A stretch of 64,000 bases of DNA, taken from IMG/VR virus record IMGVR_UViG_3300034012_003212, positions 196,659 to 260,658 of that record. One strand, written 5' to 3'. Shown here one piece after another: positions 18,757-26,683 of this stretch; positions within the stretch are counted from its first letter, which is position 1; each line of letters starts with the position of its first letter. The notes beneath the pieces were generated by a model. The model had not been told where the DNA came from, ran no database searches, and saw only the letters and a list, made by a program, of their open reading frames with translations. The position numbers were made by a program, and so were the translations under genes.

Positions 18757-19272
18757 ATGATAGAAATAAATATAAAAGAACATACTCATGTGAACTTCCA
18801 GCGGTGTTCTAGGGAATCACTGGACTACTTGGGATCCCTTTATGGCTTCAAGGTGAATGGGGAATTGGTTCTTAATGGTTGTGGAAAACTTACAAAGCTT
18901 CCAAATAGTCTTATTGTACGTGGGAACTTGGATCTTGTGGATTGTGATAATTTAAAAAAGCTTCCCGATGATCTGAAGGTTGGGGGTACTTTATATCTAA
19001 TGCGCTCTATGCTAAAAAATCTGCCCGACAATCTCGAGATAGGAGAAGATCTTAGTATTTGGGGATCTATAGAACTTTCATCACTTCCTAGTAGTCTTAC
19101 TATAGGATCGGATTTTTATTTAGGTAGTTGTTTTAAGCTTAAAAAACTGCCCGATGATCTTCATGTGGGCGGATACATTTACTATGATTCAAACACAGGA
19201 TTCTCAGGTCATGTGCATGAGCCCGGTGTGATCCCTGACCACCTGAAGCACAAGTTGAAGAAATGGGATTGA
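18757..19272 (+). CDS. Short Cys-LRR protein (R29), AT-richer diverged core
   Basis: 171 aa; diverged modules but canonical C-cap. Confidence 0.92.
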   Translation: MIEINIKEHTHVNFQRCSRESLDYLGSLYGFKVNGELVLNGCGKLTKLPNSLIVRGNLDLVDCDNLKKLPDDLKVGGTLYLMRSMLKNLPDNLEIGEDLSIWGSIELSSLPSSLTIGSDFYLGSCFKLKKLPDDLHVGGYIYYDSNTGFSGHVHEPGVIPDHLKHKLKKWD

Positions 19273-19292
19273 TTCCAAAATAGAAACAGAAT

Positions 19293-19748
19293 ATGAGAAA
19301 GAAGAAGATAAAGATACAAGAGAAAACAATAGTGGACCTTATGAAGTGTTCCCAAGAGGCTTTGGATTCATTTGGGTCCATTGAGGTTGTCAAGGTGAAT
19401 GGGGATTTGAATCTCTATTATTGCACAGGGATCACGAAGCTGCCTGATGGACTCAGGGTGGCACTGAGGTTAAGTATTAAATATTGCACAGGGCTTACAG
19501 AGCTGCCTGATGATCTCAAGGTGGGGGTGAATATGGATATACAAGGTTGCACAGGGCTCACGAAGCTTCCTGGGGGCCTAAGGGTAGGAGGTTATCTGAA
19601 TCTGCATGGTTGCGCAGGACTCACGGAGCTGCCTGATGATCTTCAGGTGGGTGGGATGATCTGGTATAATTCAGAAACAGGGTTCCATGGCCATGAGGAT
19701 GAACCTGGGGTAATTCCTGATCACCTGAAGGACATGTTGTTGTGGTAG
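19293..19748 (+). CDS. Short Cys-LRR protein (R30), MRKKK variant
   Basis: 151 aa, family architecture. Confidence 0.93.
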   Translation: MRKKKIKIQEKTIVDLMKCSQEALDSFGSIEVVKVNGDLNLYYCTGITKLPDGLRVALRLSIKYCTGLTELPDDLKVGVNMDIQGCTGLTKLPGGLRVGGYLNLHGCAGLTELPDDLQVGGMIWYNSETGFHGHEDEPGVIPDHLKDMLLW

Positions 19749-19774
19749 TTAGGATTCCAAAATAGAAAAAGAAT

Positions 19775-20230
19775 ATGATGACGATAAAGGTAAAAGAAAA
19801 AACATTGGTGGACTTTGATGGGTGTTCACAGAATGCACTCGACTCCTTAGTTTCACTTGGATCCCTCAAGATTTCAGGAAATGTGTTCCTCAATTATTGC
19901 ACAAAGCTCACGAAGCTGCCTGATGGTCTCATTGTAGGAGGTCATTTGGATCTATGGATGTGCACGAGCCTCACGAAGCTGCCCGATGAATTCAGGGTGA
20001 ATGGGGATTTGAATCTGTATGGTTGCTCAGGGCTCATGAAGCTGCCTGATGACCTCAATGTTGCAGGGGATTTGAATCTTTGTGGATGCAAAGGAATCCA
20101 GAGCCTGCCTGTTGGTCTCAATGTGAATGGAAACATATGCTACGATTCAGAGACGGGATTCCATTGGTTTGAGGGTGATCCAGGAGTTATACCAGATCAT
20201 CTAAGAAACAAGTTGAAGTTTATTTCATAG
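19775..20230 (+). CDS. Short Cys-LRR protein (R31)
   Basis: 151 aa, family architecture. Confidence 0.93.
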   Translation: MMTIKVKEKTLVDFDGCSQNALDSLVSLGSLKISGNVFLNYCTKLTKLPDGLIVGGHLDLWMCTSLTKLPDEFRVNGDLNLYGCSGLMKLPDDLNVAGDLNLCGCKGIQSLPVGLNVNGNICYDSETGFHWFEGDPGVIPDHLRNKLKFIS

Positions 20231-20251
20231 ATTCCAAAATATAAACTGAAT

Positions 20252-20707
20252 ATGACAAAGAAGAAGATGAAGATAGAGGTAATAGAAGAAACGAAGGTGA
20301 AACTTAGTGAGTGTTCCCAACATGCGTTGGATTCCTTGGCGTCACTTGGATCCCTCAAGATTTTAGGTAATATGTCTCTCAATTATTGCACAGGACTCAC
20401 AGGGCTCCCTGATGAACTCAAGGTGGCTGGAGATTTGAATCTATGGGATTGTACGAGCCTCATGAATCTATCCGATGACATGAAGATCAAAGGGGATTTA
20501 AATCTATGGTCTTGCACAGGACTCACAGGGCTCCCTGGTGGACTAGCGGTGATCGGAGATTTGACTCTATATGGATGCAAAGGAATCAAGAGCCTGCCGG
20601 ATGACCTTCAAGTAAGTCGCATATTCTGTGATGCAAAGACGGGGTTCTCTGGCCATGAGCATGAGCCCGGCGTGATCCCTGAGAGTCTGAAGCACAAGTT
20701 ACGTTAA
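20252..20707 (+). CDS. Short Cys-LRR protein (R32)
   Basis: 151 aa, family architecture. Confidence 0.93.
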   Translation: MTKKKMKIEVIEETKVKLSECSQHALDSLASLGSLKILGNMSLNYCTGLTGLPDELKVAGDLNLWDCTSLMNLSDDMKIKGDLNLWSCTGLTGLPGGLAVIGDLTLYGCKGIKSLPDDLQVSRIFCDAKTGFSGHEHEPGVIPESLKHKLR

Positions 20708-20732
20708 AGAGATTCCAAAATAGAAACAGAAT

Positions 20733-21185
20733 ATGATAACAATAGAAATAAGAAAAGAAACGACAGTGAACCTTAGAGGGTGTTCTCAAGAAGCACTTGA
20801 TTCCCTGGGAACGCTTGACGCCCTCAAGGTGAATGGGGATTTGAGTCTATGGCGTTGCACAGGAATCACAAAGCTGCCTGGGGGCCTCAGGGTGAATGGG
20901 GATTTGAGTCTATGGGGTTGCACAGGAATCACAAAGCTGCCTGGGGGCCTCAGGGTGAATGGGGATTTGAGTCTATCGGGTTGCACAGGAATCACAAAGC
21001 TGCCTGGGGGCCTCAGGGTGAATGGGGATTTGAGTCTATCGGGTTGCACAGGAATCACAAAGCTGCCTGAAGATCTTCAGGTGGAAGGAGTCATATATTA
21101 TAATTCAAAGACGGGGTTCTATGGCTATGAGCATGTGCCTGGTGTGATCCCTGATCATCTGAAGAACAAGTTGAATAAATGGTAG
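20733..21185 (+). CDS. Short Cys-LRR protein (R33) with four near-identical 63-bp modules
   Basis: 150 aa; VNGDLSL(WR/WG/SG/SG)CTGITKLP repeated. Confidence 0.93.
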   Translation: MITIEIRKETTVNLRGCSQEALDSLGTLDALKVNGDLSLWRCTGITKLPGGLRVNGDLSLWGCTGITKLPGGLRVNGDLSLSGCTGITKLPGGLRVNGDLSLSGCTGITKLPEDLQVEGVIYYNSKTGFYGYEHVPGVIPDHLKNKLNKW

Positions 21186-21211
21186 AGAAGATTATAAAAT
21201 AGAACCTAGAT

Positions 21212-21601
21212 ATGATGACGATAAAGATAGAAGAAAAAACAAAGGTGGACTTCACATGTTGTTCTCAGGAAGCTTTAGATTCCTTGTCGTTCCTCGATGG
21301 GCTCAAGGTGAATGGGTATTTAAATCTCTTTGATTGCTGGAGACTTGAGAAACTCCCTCAGGGTTTTGAGGTGTCGGGTGGTTTGCAAATTGCATGGTGT
21401 AGGGGAATCACAAGGTTGCCTAATGGACTCAAGGTGGGCGGGTGGCTGGGCATCAGACATTGCCCGAAAATTACTGTGCTTCCTGAAGATCTCCAGGTGG
21501 GTGAAACAATTAACTATAATGGAGCGACGGGGTTCTATGGCTATGAGCATGTGCCTGGTGTGATCCCTGATCATCTGAAGAACAAGTTGAATAAATGGTA
21601 G
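21212..21601 (+). CDS. Short Cys-LRR protein (R34)
   Basis: 129 aa; 92-bp 3' end identical to R33. Confidence 0.93.
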   Translation: MMTIKIEEKTKVDFTCCSQEALDSLSFLDGLKVNGYLNLFDCWRLEKLPQGFEVSGGLQIAWCRGITRLPNGLKVGGWLGIRHCPKITVLPEDLQVGETINYNGATGFYGYEHVPGVIPDHLKNKLNKW

Positions 21602-21627
21602 AGAAGATTATAAAATATAAATTGAAT

Positions 21628-22077
21628 ATGAGAAAAAGGAAGATAAAGATAGGAGATTTTACATTCGTGGATATTAGGTCCTGTTCTCAGAAGGCAATGG
21701 AATCCATAACATCATTGGACAATAAGTTAAGGATCAAGGGATATTGGTGGTTTAACAATCTCACGAGAATTCCTGAAGGACTTAGAATTGACGAAGATCT
21801 GGATCTCTATGAGTTCGGATTCAAAGAGCTGCCTTCTGGCATAAAGGTTGCGGGAAGTTTGTCTCTTTCTGATTCAACAGAACTCGCTGGACTCCCTGAT
21901 GACCTCAAAGTGGGAAAGAATTTGTATTTAGGCGGATGCAAAGGACTCTTGTCTCTTCCTGCGAGTCTTCAAGTAGGAAGATATATTTACTATGATACAC
22001 GAACAGGATTCTATGATCATATTCGTGAATCTGGTGCCATCCCTGTAGGCCTCAGGCGTAAATTGAAGAAGTATTAA
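21628..22077 (+). CDS. Short LRR protein (R35), diverged
   Basis: Start at leader-aligned ATG (MRKRKIKIG). Confidence 0.9.
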   Translation: MRKRKIKIGDFTFVDIRSCSQKAMESITSLDNKLRIKGYWWFNNLTRIPEGLRIDEDLDLYEFGFKELPSGIKVAGSLSLSDSTELAGLPDDLKVGKNLYLGGCKGLLSLPASLQVGRYIYYDTRTGFYDHIRESGAIPVGLRRKLKKY

Positions 22078-22089
22078 TGGGATTTCAAA

Positions 22090-22503
22090 ATGCAAACTGG
22101 ATATGAAAAAAAAGCTATAGAAATACAAGTAGGGGAAGTAGGGACCGTAAAACTCAATGGCTGCTCCGGGTGTGCATTAGACAGTATTATGTCTCTTTCA
22201 CGTCTAAATGTCAGAGGACACTTGATTCTATGGGATTGCTCAAACATCAATAAGCTTCCTGATTGCCTAAATGTGGTTTGGGATCTATGTCTCCAAAGTT
22301 GCGAAAACCTCACTAAGCTTCCCGACGATCTCAAGGTAGGAAGGAATTTGTATATTTACGGATGCATAAAGCTCAAGAAGCTGCCCGAGAGCCTTCAAGT
22401 TGGGGATCTTATTTTATACAACGTCTTCACTGGATTCAGAAGAAGTGACCCAGGAATCCCCTTTCACTTACTCGATAAAATAACAGATGTTGGCAAAAAA
22501 TAA
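22090..22503 (+). CDS. Short LRR protein (R36); leader-aligned ATG (22103) is out of frame because of an A8 run
   Basis: Open frame only from ATG 22090; ATG22103-AAA-AAA-AAG-CTA-TAG stops at once. Confidence 0.8.
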   Translation: MQTGYEKKAIEIQVGEVGTVKLNGCSGCALDSIMSLSRLNVRGHLILWDCSNINKLPDCLNVVWDLCLQSCENLTKLPDDLKVGRNLYIYGCIKLKKLPESLQVGDLILYNVFTGFRRSDPGIPFHLLDKITDVGKK

Positions 22504-22512
22504 ACACTGGTC

Positions 22513-23055
22513 ATGAAACATCAGATAAAGACACAAGAAATATCAGTCATTAATCTTAGGGAATGTTCTCAAAAGGCACTGTATTCCATAAAATACATGC
22601 ATGGTTCGTTCAATGCGCAGGGTTGGTTGATCCTCTCGGGTTGCATAGTACTTGATGGGCTTCCCGATACACTCAAAATAGCGGAGCGTTTGAATCTCCA
22701 TGGTTGCACAGGGCTCAAGAGCCTGCCTGATGGTCTCAAGATCGGAGGGAATTTGCACCTTAATCGGTGCACTGGACTCATTAGTTTGCCCGATGGACTC
22801 ACCGTGGGAGGGAATTTGTATCTCAATGACTGCACAGGGCTTAAGAGTTTACCTAATGGCCTCAGTATTGCAGGGGATTTGAATCTCTCGGGATGTGCAA
22901 ACATTAAAACGTTACAGAAAGATCTACGTGTAGGAGGATATATCAAATATGATGAATCAACAGGATTCTATGATCATATATATGAACCAGGGGTGGTTGA
23001 ATACTTAATGAACGGCGGTAGATTCCAGAAAGTGATGAGATACGATATAAACTGA
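22513..23055 (+). CDS. Short LRR protein (R37), diverged
   Basis: 180 aa; LRR modules and TGF C-cap retained. Confidence 0.9.
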   Translation: MKHQIKTQEISVINLRECSQKALYSIKYMHGSFNAQGWLILSGCIVLDGLPDTLKIAERLNLHGCTGLKSLPDGLKIGGNLHLNRCTGLISLPDGLTVGGNLYLNDCTGLKSLPNGLSIAGDLNLSGCANIKTLQKDLRVGGYIKYDESTGFYDHIYEPGVVEYLMNGGRFQKVMRYDIN

Positions 23056-23060
23056 GCACG

Positions 23061-23456
23061 ATGACAAAGATACATATACGCAAAGTAACAGAAGTGAAAC
23101 TCGTTCAATGTTCACAGCGTGCGCTGAACTCTATAATGTTTCTTGATGGTAAGTTAAAAATCAAAGGACATTTGAATCTACGATGGTGTAGGGGAATCCC
23201 AAAACTCCCAGATGAACTCATGGTTGAAGGTAGTGTTGGGCTCGATCATTCGTATACAGTCAAAATACTTCCTATTGGGCTCAGGATTGGAGGCAGTCTG
23301 TGGATCCGCGGTAGCATGATATCATCACTTCCTGATGATTTGCAAGTTGGAGATAAAATATACTATAGTTACAGAAAGGGATCACAGAAGGATGAAAGAT
23401 TTTTTAGGGAGATTCCAAGTCACCTCATAAATAAACTATATGGCATTGAAACGTGA
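23061..23456 (+). CDS. Short LRR protein (R38), diverged
   Basis: 131 aa; CSQRAL N-cap and LPDDLQVG retained. Confidence 0.88.
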   Translation: MTKIHIRKVTEVKLVQCSQRALNSIMFLDGKLKIKGHLNLRWCRGIPKLPDELMVEGSVGLDHSYTVKILPIGLRIGGSLWIRGSMISSLPDDLQVGDKIYYSYRKGSQKDERFFREIPSHLINKLYGIET

Positions 23457-23474
23457 TTCGAATATAAACAATCC

Positions 23475-23876
23475 ATGATAACAATAAAGATAGAAGAAGA
23501 AACTTTAGTCAATTTTCAGAAATGTACACAAGCTGCATTAGACTCCATTTTAGTGCTTGATGACAAGATAAGGGTCAAAGGATGCTTGAGTTTCTGGGGA
23601 TGCACTGGAATTACGACGATTCCTCGCGGAATTATCGTATCGGAGGAACTGAATTTATGGTATTGTAAGAATCTTGTAACACTTCCTTCTGGGATTGGGG
23701 TTGGATTAGATTTACATCTAGGTGCCTGTGAACTTCTCCTGTCGCTTCCCGAAGATCTGAGAGTGGGAGGCAGGATTCGATATAATTACAGAACCGGTTT
23801 ATCCGGCCATGAGCATGAACGCGGTGTGATACCAAATAACTTACGGAAAAAAATGATTAAATCAGTATATTGGTGA
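23475..23876 (+). CDS. Short LRR protein (R39), diverged
   Basis: 133 aa; GHEHERGVIP C-cap. Confidence 0.9.
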   Translation: MITIKIEEETLVNFQKCTQAALDSILVLDDKIRVKGCLSFWGCTGITTIPRGIIVSEELNLWYCKNLVTLPSGIGVGLDLHLGACELLLSLPEDLRVGGRIRYNYRTGLSGHEHERGVIPNNLRKKMIKSVYW

Positions 23877-23894
23877 AAAATAAAATTAAACACT

Positions 23895-24353
23895 ATGATT
23901 GAGATAAAGGTAAAAGAATCAGCGGTTGTAAAATTTATCTGGTGCTCTGATGATGCACTTAAATCTATAGAAGGACTAAGGAGGTTGACGGTTTATGGAA
24001 GATTGGACTTATATCAATCTAAAATAAAAAGGATTCCTGACAATACTATGGTTGAAGGAATTCTATCAATAGATTATTGCAGAAAAATAGAGAATCTTCC
24101 TACTGGACTAGTGGTCGGAGGTAACCTAGAACTACAGGAATCTACTCATATACGGAACTTGCCAGAGGACTTATTAGTAGGAGGGAACATGAACCTCATG
24201 GGTTGTAGCTTAATTAAATCCCTTCCAAAAGGTCTGCGTTTCTCTGGAATTATCTTTTGTGATTCTTCCACCGGGTTCTCAGATGAAACAATATGGGGAA
24301 GAAATTGGAGGCACCATATTCCAGACCATCTTAAAGATAAATGCTGGAAATAA
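23895..24353 (+). CDS. Short LRR protein (R40), diverged
   Basis: 152 aa; LPxGLxVGGxLxL modules. Confidence 0.88.
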   Translation: MIEIKVKESAVVKFIWCSDDALKSIEGLRRLTVYGRLDLYQSKIKRIPDNTMVEGILSIDYCRKIENLPTGLVVGGNLELQESTHIRNLPEDLLVGGNMNLMGCSLIKSLPKGLRFSGIIFCDSSTGFSDETIWGRNWRHHIPDHLKDKCWK

Positions 24354-24488
24354 TTAAATTATGATAAAATACCTTTAAAAATAAAACATTGAAACAGAAA
24401 TAAAGTGTACAATATGAAGCAGTGTATACAAAAGACACCTGACTATATTGCCTTCTTTTACTTTATTCAATAAACTTTTTGAAAAAAA

Positions 24489-24890
24489 ATGAAAGACAAT
24501 TACGATTTTGATACGCGCGTTAACTTAAGCAACTGCCCTTTACGAGTGATAGACAATCTTCCTATAGGGATGAAAATAAAAGGAATTCTCAATATAGTTG
24601 GAATTAAAAAGGATTTCTCCCTTCCTGAAGGATTATGTGTATCTTGGCTCATGCAGTTAATAGGGGCAGTGAAACTAAAAAGCCTTCCACGCGATATGAA
24701 GATAGGCGGATGGATCAATCTACTTGATTGTCAATCACTACTCGATTTACCTGATGATATCTTTATATGTGGTGGAGTGTGGTATAATAAAGAAACTGGA
24801 TTTATCGCAGCAGGACAAGACATACATGAACTAGAGGAGCGCTTTAGGGCAGAATTTAACATGTTTAACTCCAGCACTATAACACGATGA
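24489..24890 (+). CDS. Short LRR protein (R41), strongly diverged
   Basis: 133 aa; VNLSNC N-cap, YNKETGF C-cap. Confidence 0.85.
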   Translation: MKDNYDFDTRVNLSNCPLRVIDNLPIGMKIKGILNIVGIKKDFSLPEGLCVSWLMQLIGAVKLKSLPRDMKIGGWINLLDCQSLLDLPDDIFICGGVWYNKETGFIAAGQDIHELEERFRAEFNMFNSSTITR

Positions 24891-25487
24891 ATATATCACA
24901 AATATGTACAGTAGATTTCAGCAAGTGTGATCAAAAGGTGTTTGATAGTATGAAGACAAATTCATGCATAAAAGCACTAACAATAATCAGTCGGAATCCT
25001 AGAATCAATAAGCTTCCCGATGGATTGCATATTGGTGGTTACGTTGATATTAGCCGATGCAAAGGAATCGAGGACCTCCCCGGGGGGTCTGAGAGTTCTA
25101 CACGGCATAATGATGATAGAGACTCGAATAAAAGAGATTCATTCTGATGTGGTTGTTCTCGGCGAAATCGATCTACATGGAAGCCAAAGATTTAACAAAA
25201 TCCCTGAGAACTTTACGGTATACGATGATTTATGTTTATCTGGAATCCCAATCAGTAATCTCCCAAAAGGATTACATGTACTAGGTAATCTGTTTGTTCG
25301 TAACTGTGAATTTCTCAAGGATCTTCCCGATGATTTACGTGTATCTGGTACAATCTATTATTCAGAGAAGACGGGGTTCTACAGAGATAAACGTAAATTT
25401 AATAAATTAATTAAACGGTTAAATCTTCGGATTCCCCCTGACTCCGATTTATACTCAATACAGTTATGGAAGAAAAAGCAAGAATAG
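24887..25487 (+). pseudogene. LRR gene (R42) frameshifted at C4-G6 tract (25078-25087)
   Basis: ORF 24887..25147 carries the N-cap and ORF 25020..25487 the remaining LRRs and C-cap; deleting one G joins them as DLPGGLRV (~199 aa). Confidence 0.8.
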
Positions 25488-25900
25488 ATATAGGCGCATG
25501 TAGTTTACGCGCACTCCGGAGTCTACCCCATGGGATGTGTGTCTGCGGTGCGTTGATATCCAAAACCCGGGTTGACCCTATGTTTCTGCCTGAACAACTA
25601 AGGGCGTTGAAGCTTGACTTATACAATTGTCAAGGGGGTGTTGAGGTTTCCCATGGGACATGTATTGCAGACGGTATGTTTCTGGAAAAATGTAGGATAT
25701 CAAAATTACCCACGGGTCTAATTGTAGGTGACTTAATATATGTATCCAACTGCAAAGATCTAATGGATCTACCCAAAGATATGTTGTTGTCATTGGATGG
25801 TAGAGTATATTACAATAATCACACAGGGTTTGCTGGTAATAAAGAGAAACTAGAGGAGTTGCAAGAAAGGTTCCCTGGACAAATAAAAACCTTGTTTTGA
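25466..25900 (+). CDS. Short LRR protein (R43), strongly diverged
   Basis: 144 aa; IDIGACSLRAL N-cap, YYNNHTGF C-cap. Confidence 0.85.
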   Translation: MEEKARIDIGACSLRALRSLPHGMCVCGALISKTRVDPMFLPEQLRALKLDLYNCQGGVEVSHGTCIADGMFLEKCRISKLPTGLIVGDLIYVSNCKDLMDLPKDMLLSLDGRVYYNNHTGFAGNKEKLEELQERFPGQIKTLF

Positions 25901-25913
25901 AAGTAAGAATTAA

Positions 25914-26210
25914 TTGAGTGTTCAGATAAAAACAAATTTTTTGAATAGTGTTGTGTGTGAAGAACTTTTTCTCTTTGGCGTTACATCAGGTTTTTTTTTG
26001 AAGTGGATCGATTCCGTCGTCTTCGCAAAATTCATCTTCTTGAAAGATTTGTACAACTATGTTAATGGTGATTTTGTGCCTTACAGGGGGGAGCTCCACA
26101 ATTTGAATATTATCACAGCGAAAGTGAAAGATGGGCTATTTCTCACAAGAAGTATGGATGAACTTCCTAAAAATGCCAAAGTCTTAGACGACAAGAATCA
26201 CAATAGTTAA
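25914..26210 (+). CDS. Hypothetical protein within distal array
   Basis: 98 aa ORF, TTG start, same strand; no clear LRR. Confidence 0.55.
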   Translation: MSVQIKTNFLNSVVCEELFLFGVTSGFFLKWIDSVVFAKFIFLKDLYNYVNGDFVPYRGELHNLNIITAKVKDGLFLTRSMDELPKNAKVLDDKNHNS

Positions 26211-26224
26211 TAAAAGAATATGAT

Positions 26225-26683
26225 ATGAGTAAAAATAAACTTTCAAATAGTAATCCAAAAAACGACAAGGCAGTTGTCATGTTTAAGAAAGGAAATTTGA
26301 GGTTTCCCAATGGAATCAAGGTCAATGGAATGTTGACGATACATATTGCTGCAAATATCGAGATCACAGGTGATATTGTCTGCGATTATCTGAACCTAAA
26401 TTCTCTATTTTCTGCCATGCCTCTTATCGTGAGTACGAGATTCATATGCAAAACTGCATCACTGCGTACTGTTGTGCTTCCTAGTGAATCTTTTCAAGAT
26501 TGGATTCATAATGTGATATTCGTAGAAAAAATCACACTTCATTACTATATGCACCATGCAGTTACTACAGCTATAGAATCTTCACAGGAAGAAGAAAATT
26601 ATTCGTACCTCGATAAACTAGGATTTAAAACAGATTTTGATACATACAATCATCTGATAATCAGAAGGAAAGGGGATGCATGA
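26225..26683 (+). CDS. Hypothetical protein, possible degenerate LRR-family member
   Basis: 152 aa; FPNGIKVNGMLTI resembles LPDGLKVNGxLxL. Confidence 0.65.
   Translation: MSKNKLSNSNPKNDKAVVMFKKGNLRFPNGIKVNGMLTIHIAANIEITGDIVCDYLNLNSLFSAMPLIVSTRFICKTASLRTVVLPSESFQDWIHNVIFVEKITLHYYMHHAVTTAIESSQEEENYSYLDKLGFKTDFDTYNHLIIRRKGDA

Noticed and set aside
731-22105. Periodic 24-nt repeat with ~400-bp spacing read as a CRISPR array
   Set aside because: Intervening sequences are intact paralogous ORFs rather than unique 30-40 bp spacers, the repeat is not palindromic, and no cas genes are in the window
1032-22946. Many antisense or alternate-frame ORFs over the LRR genes (e.g. 3066..3563+, 10375..10878-, 20786..21058-)
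   Set aside because: Shadows of the repetitive 63-bp module; no start signals or independent protein features
24389-24413. Sigma70-like promoter TTGAAA...TACAAT before R41
   Set aside because: Spacer is only 13 bp, and the AT-rich context makes a chance match likely
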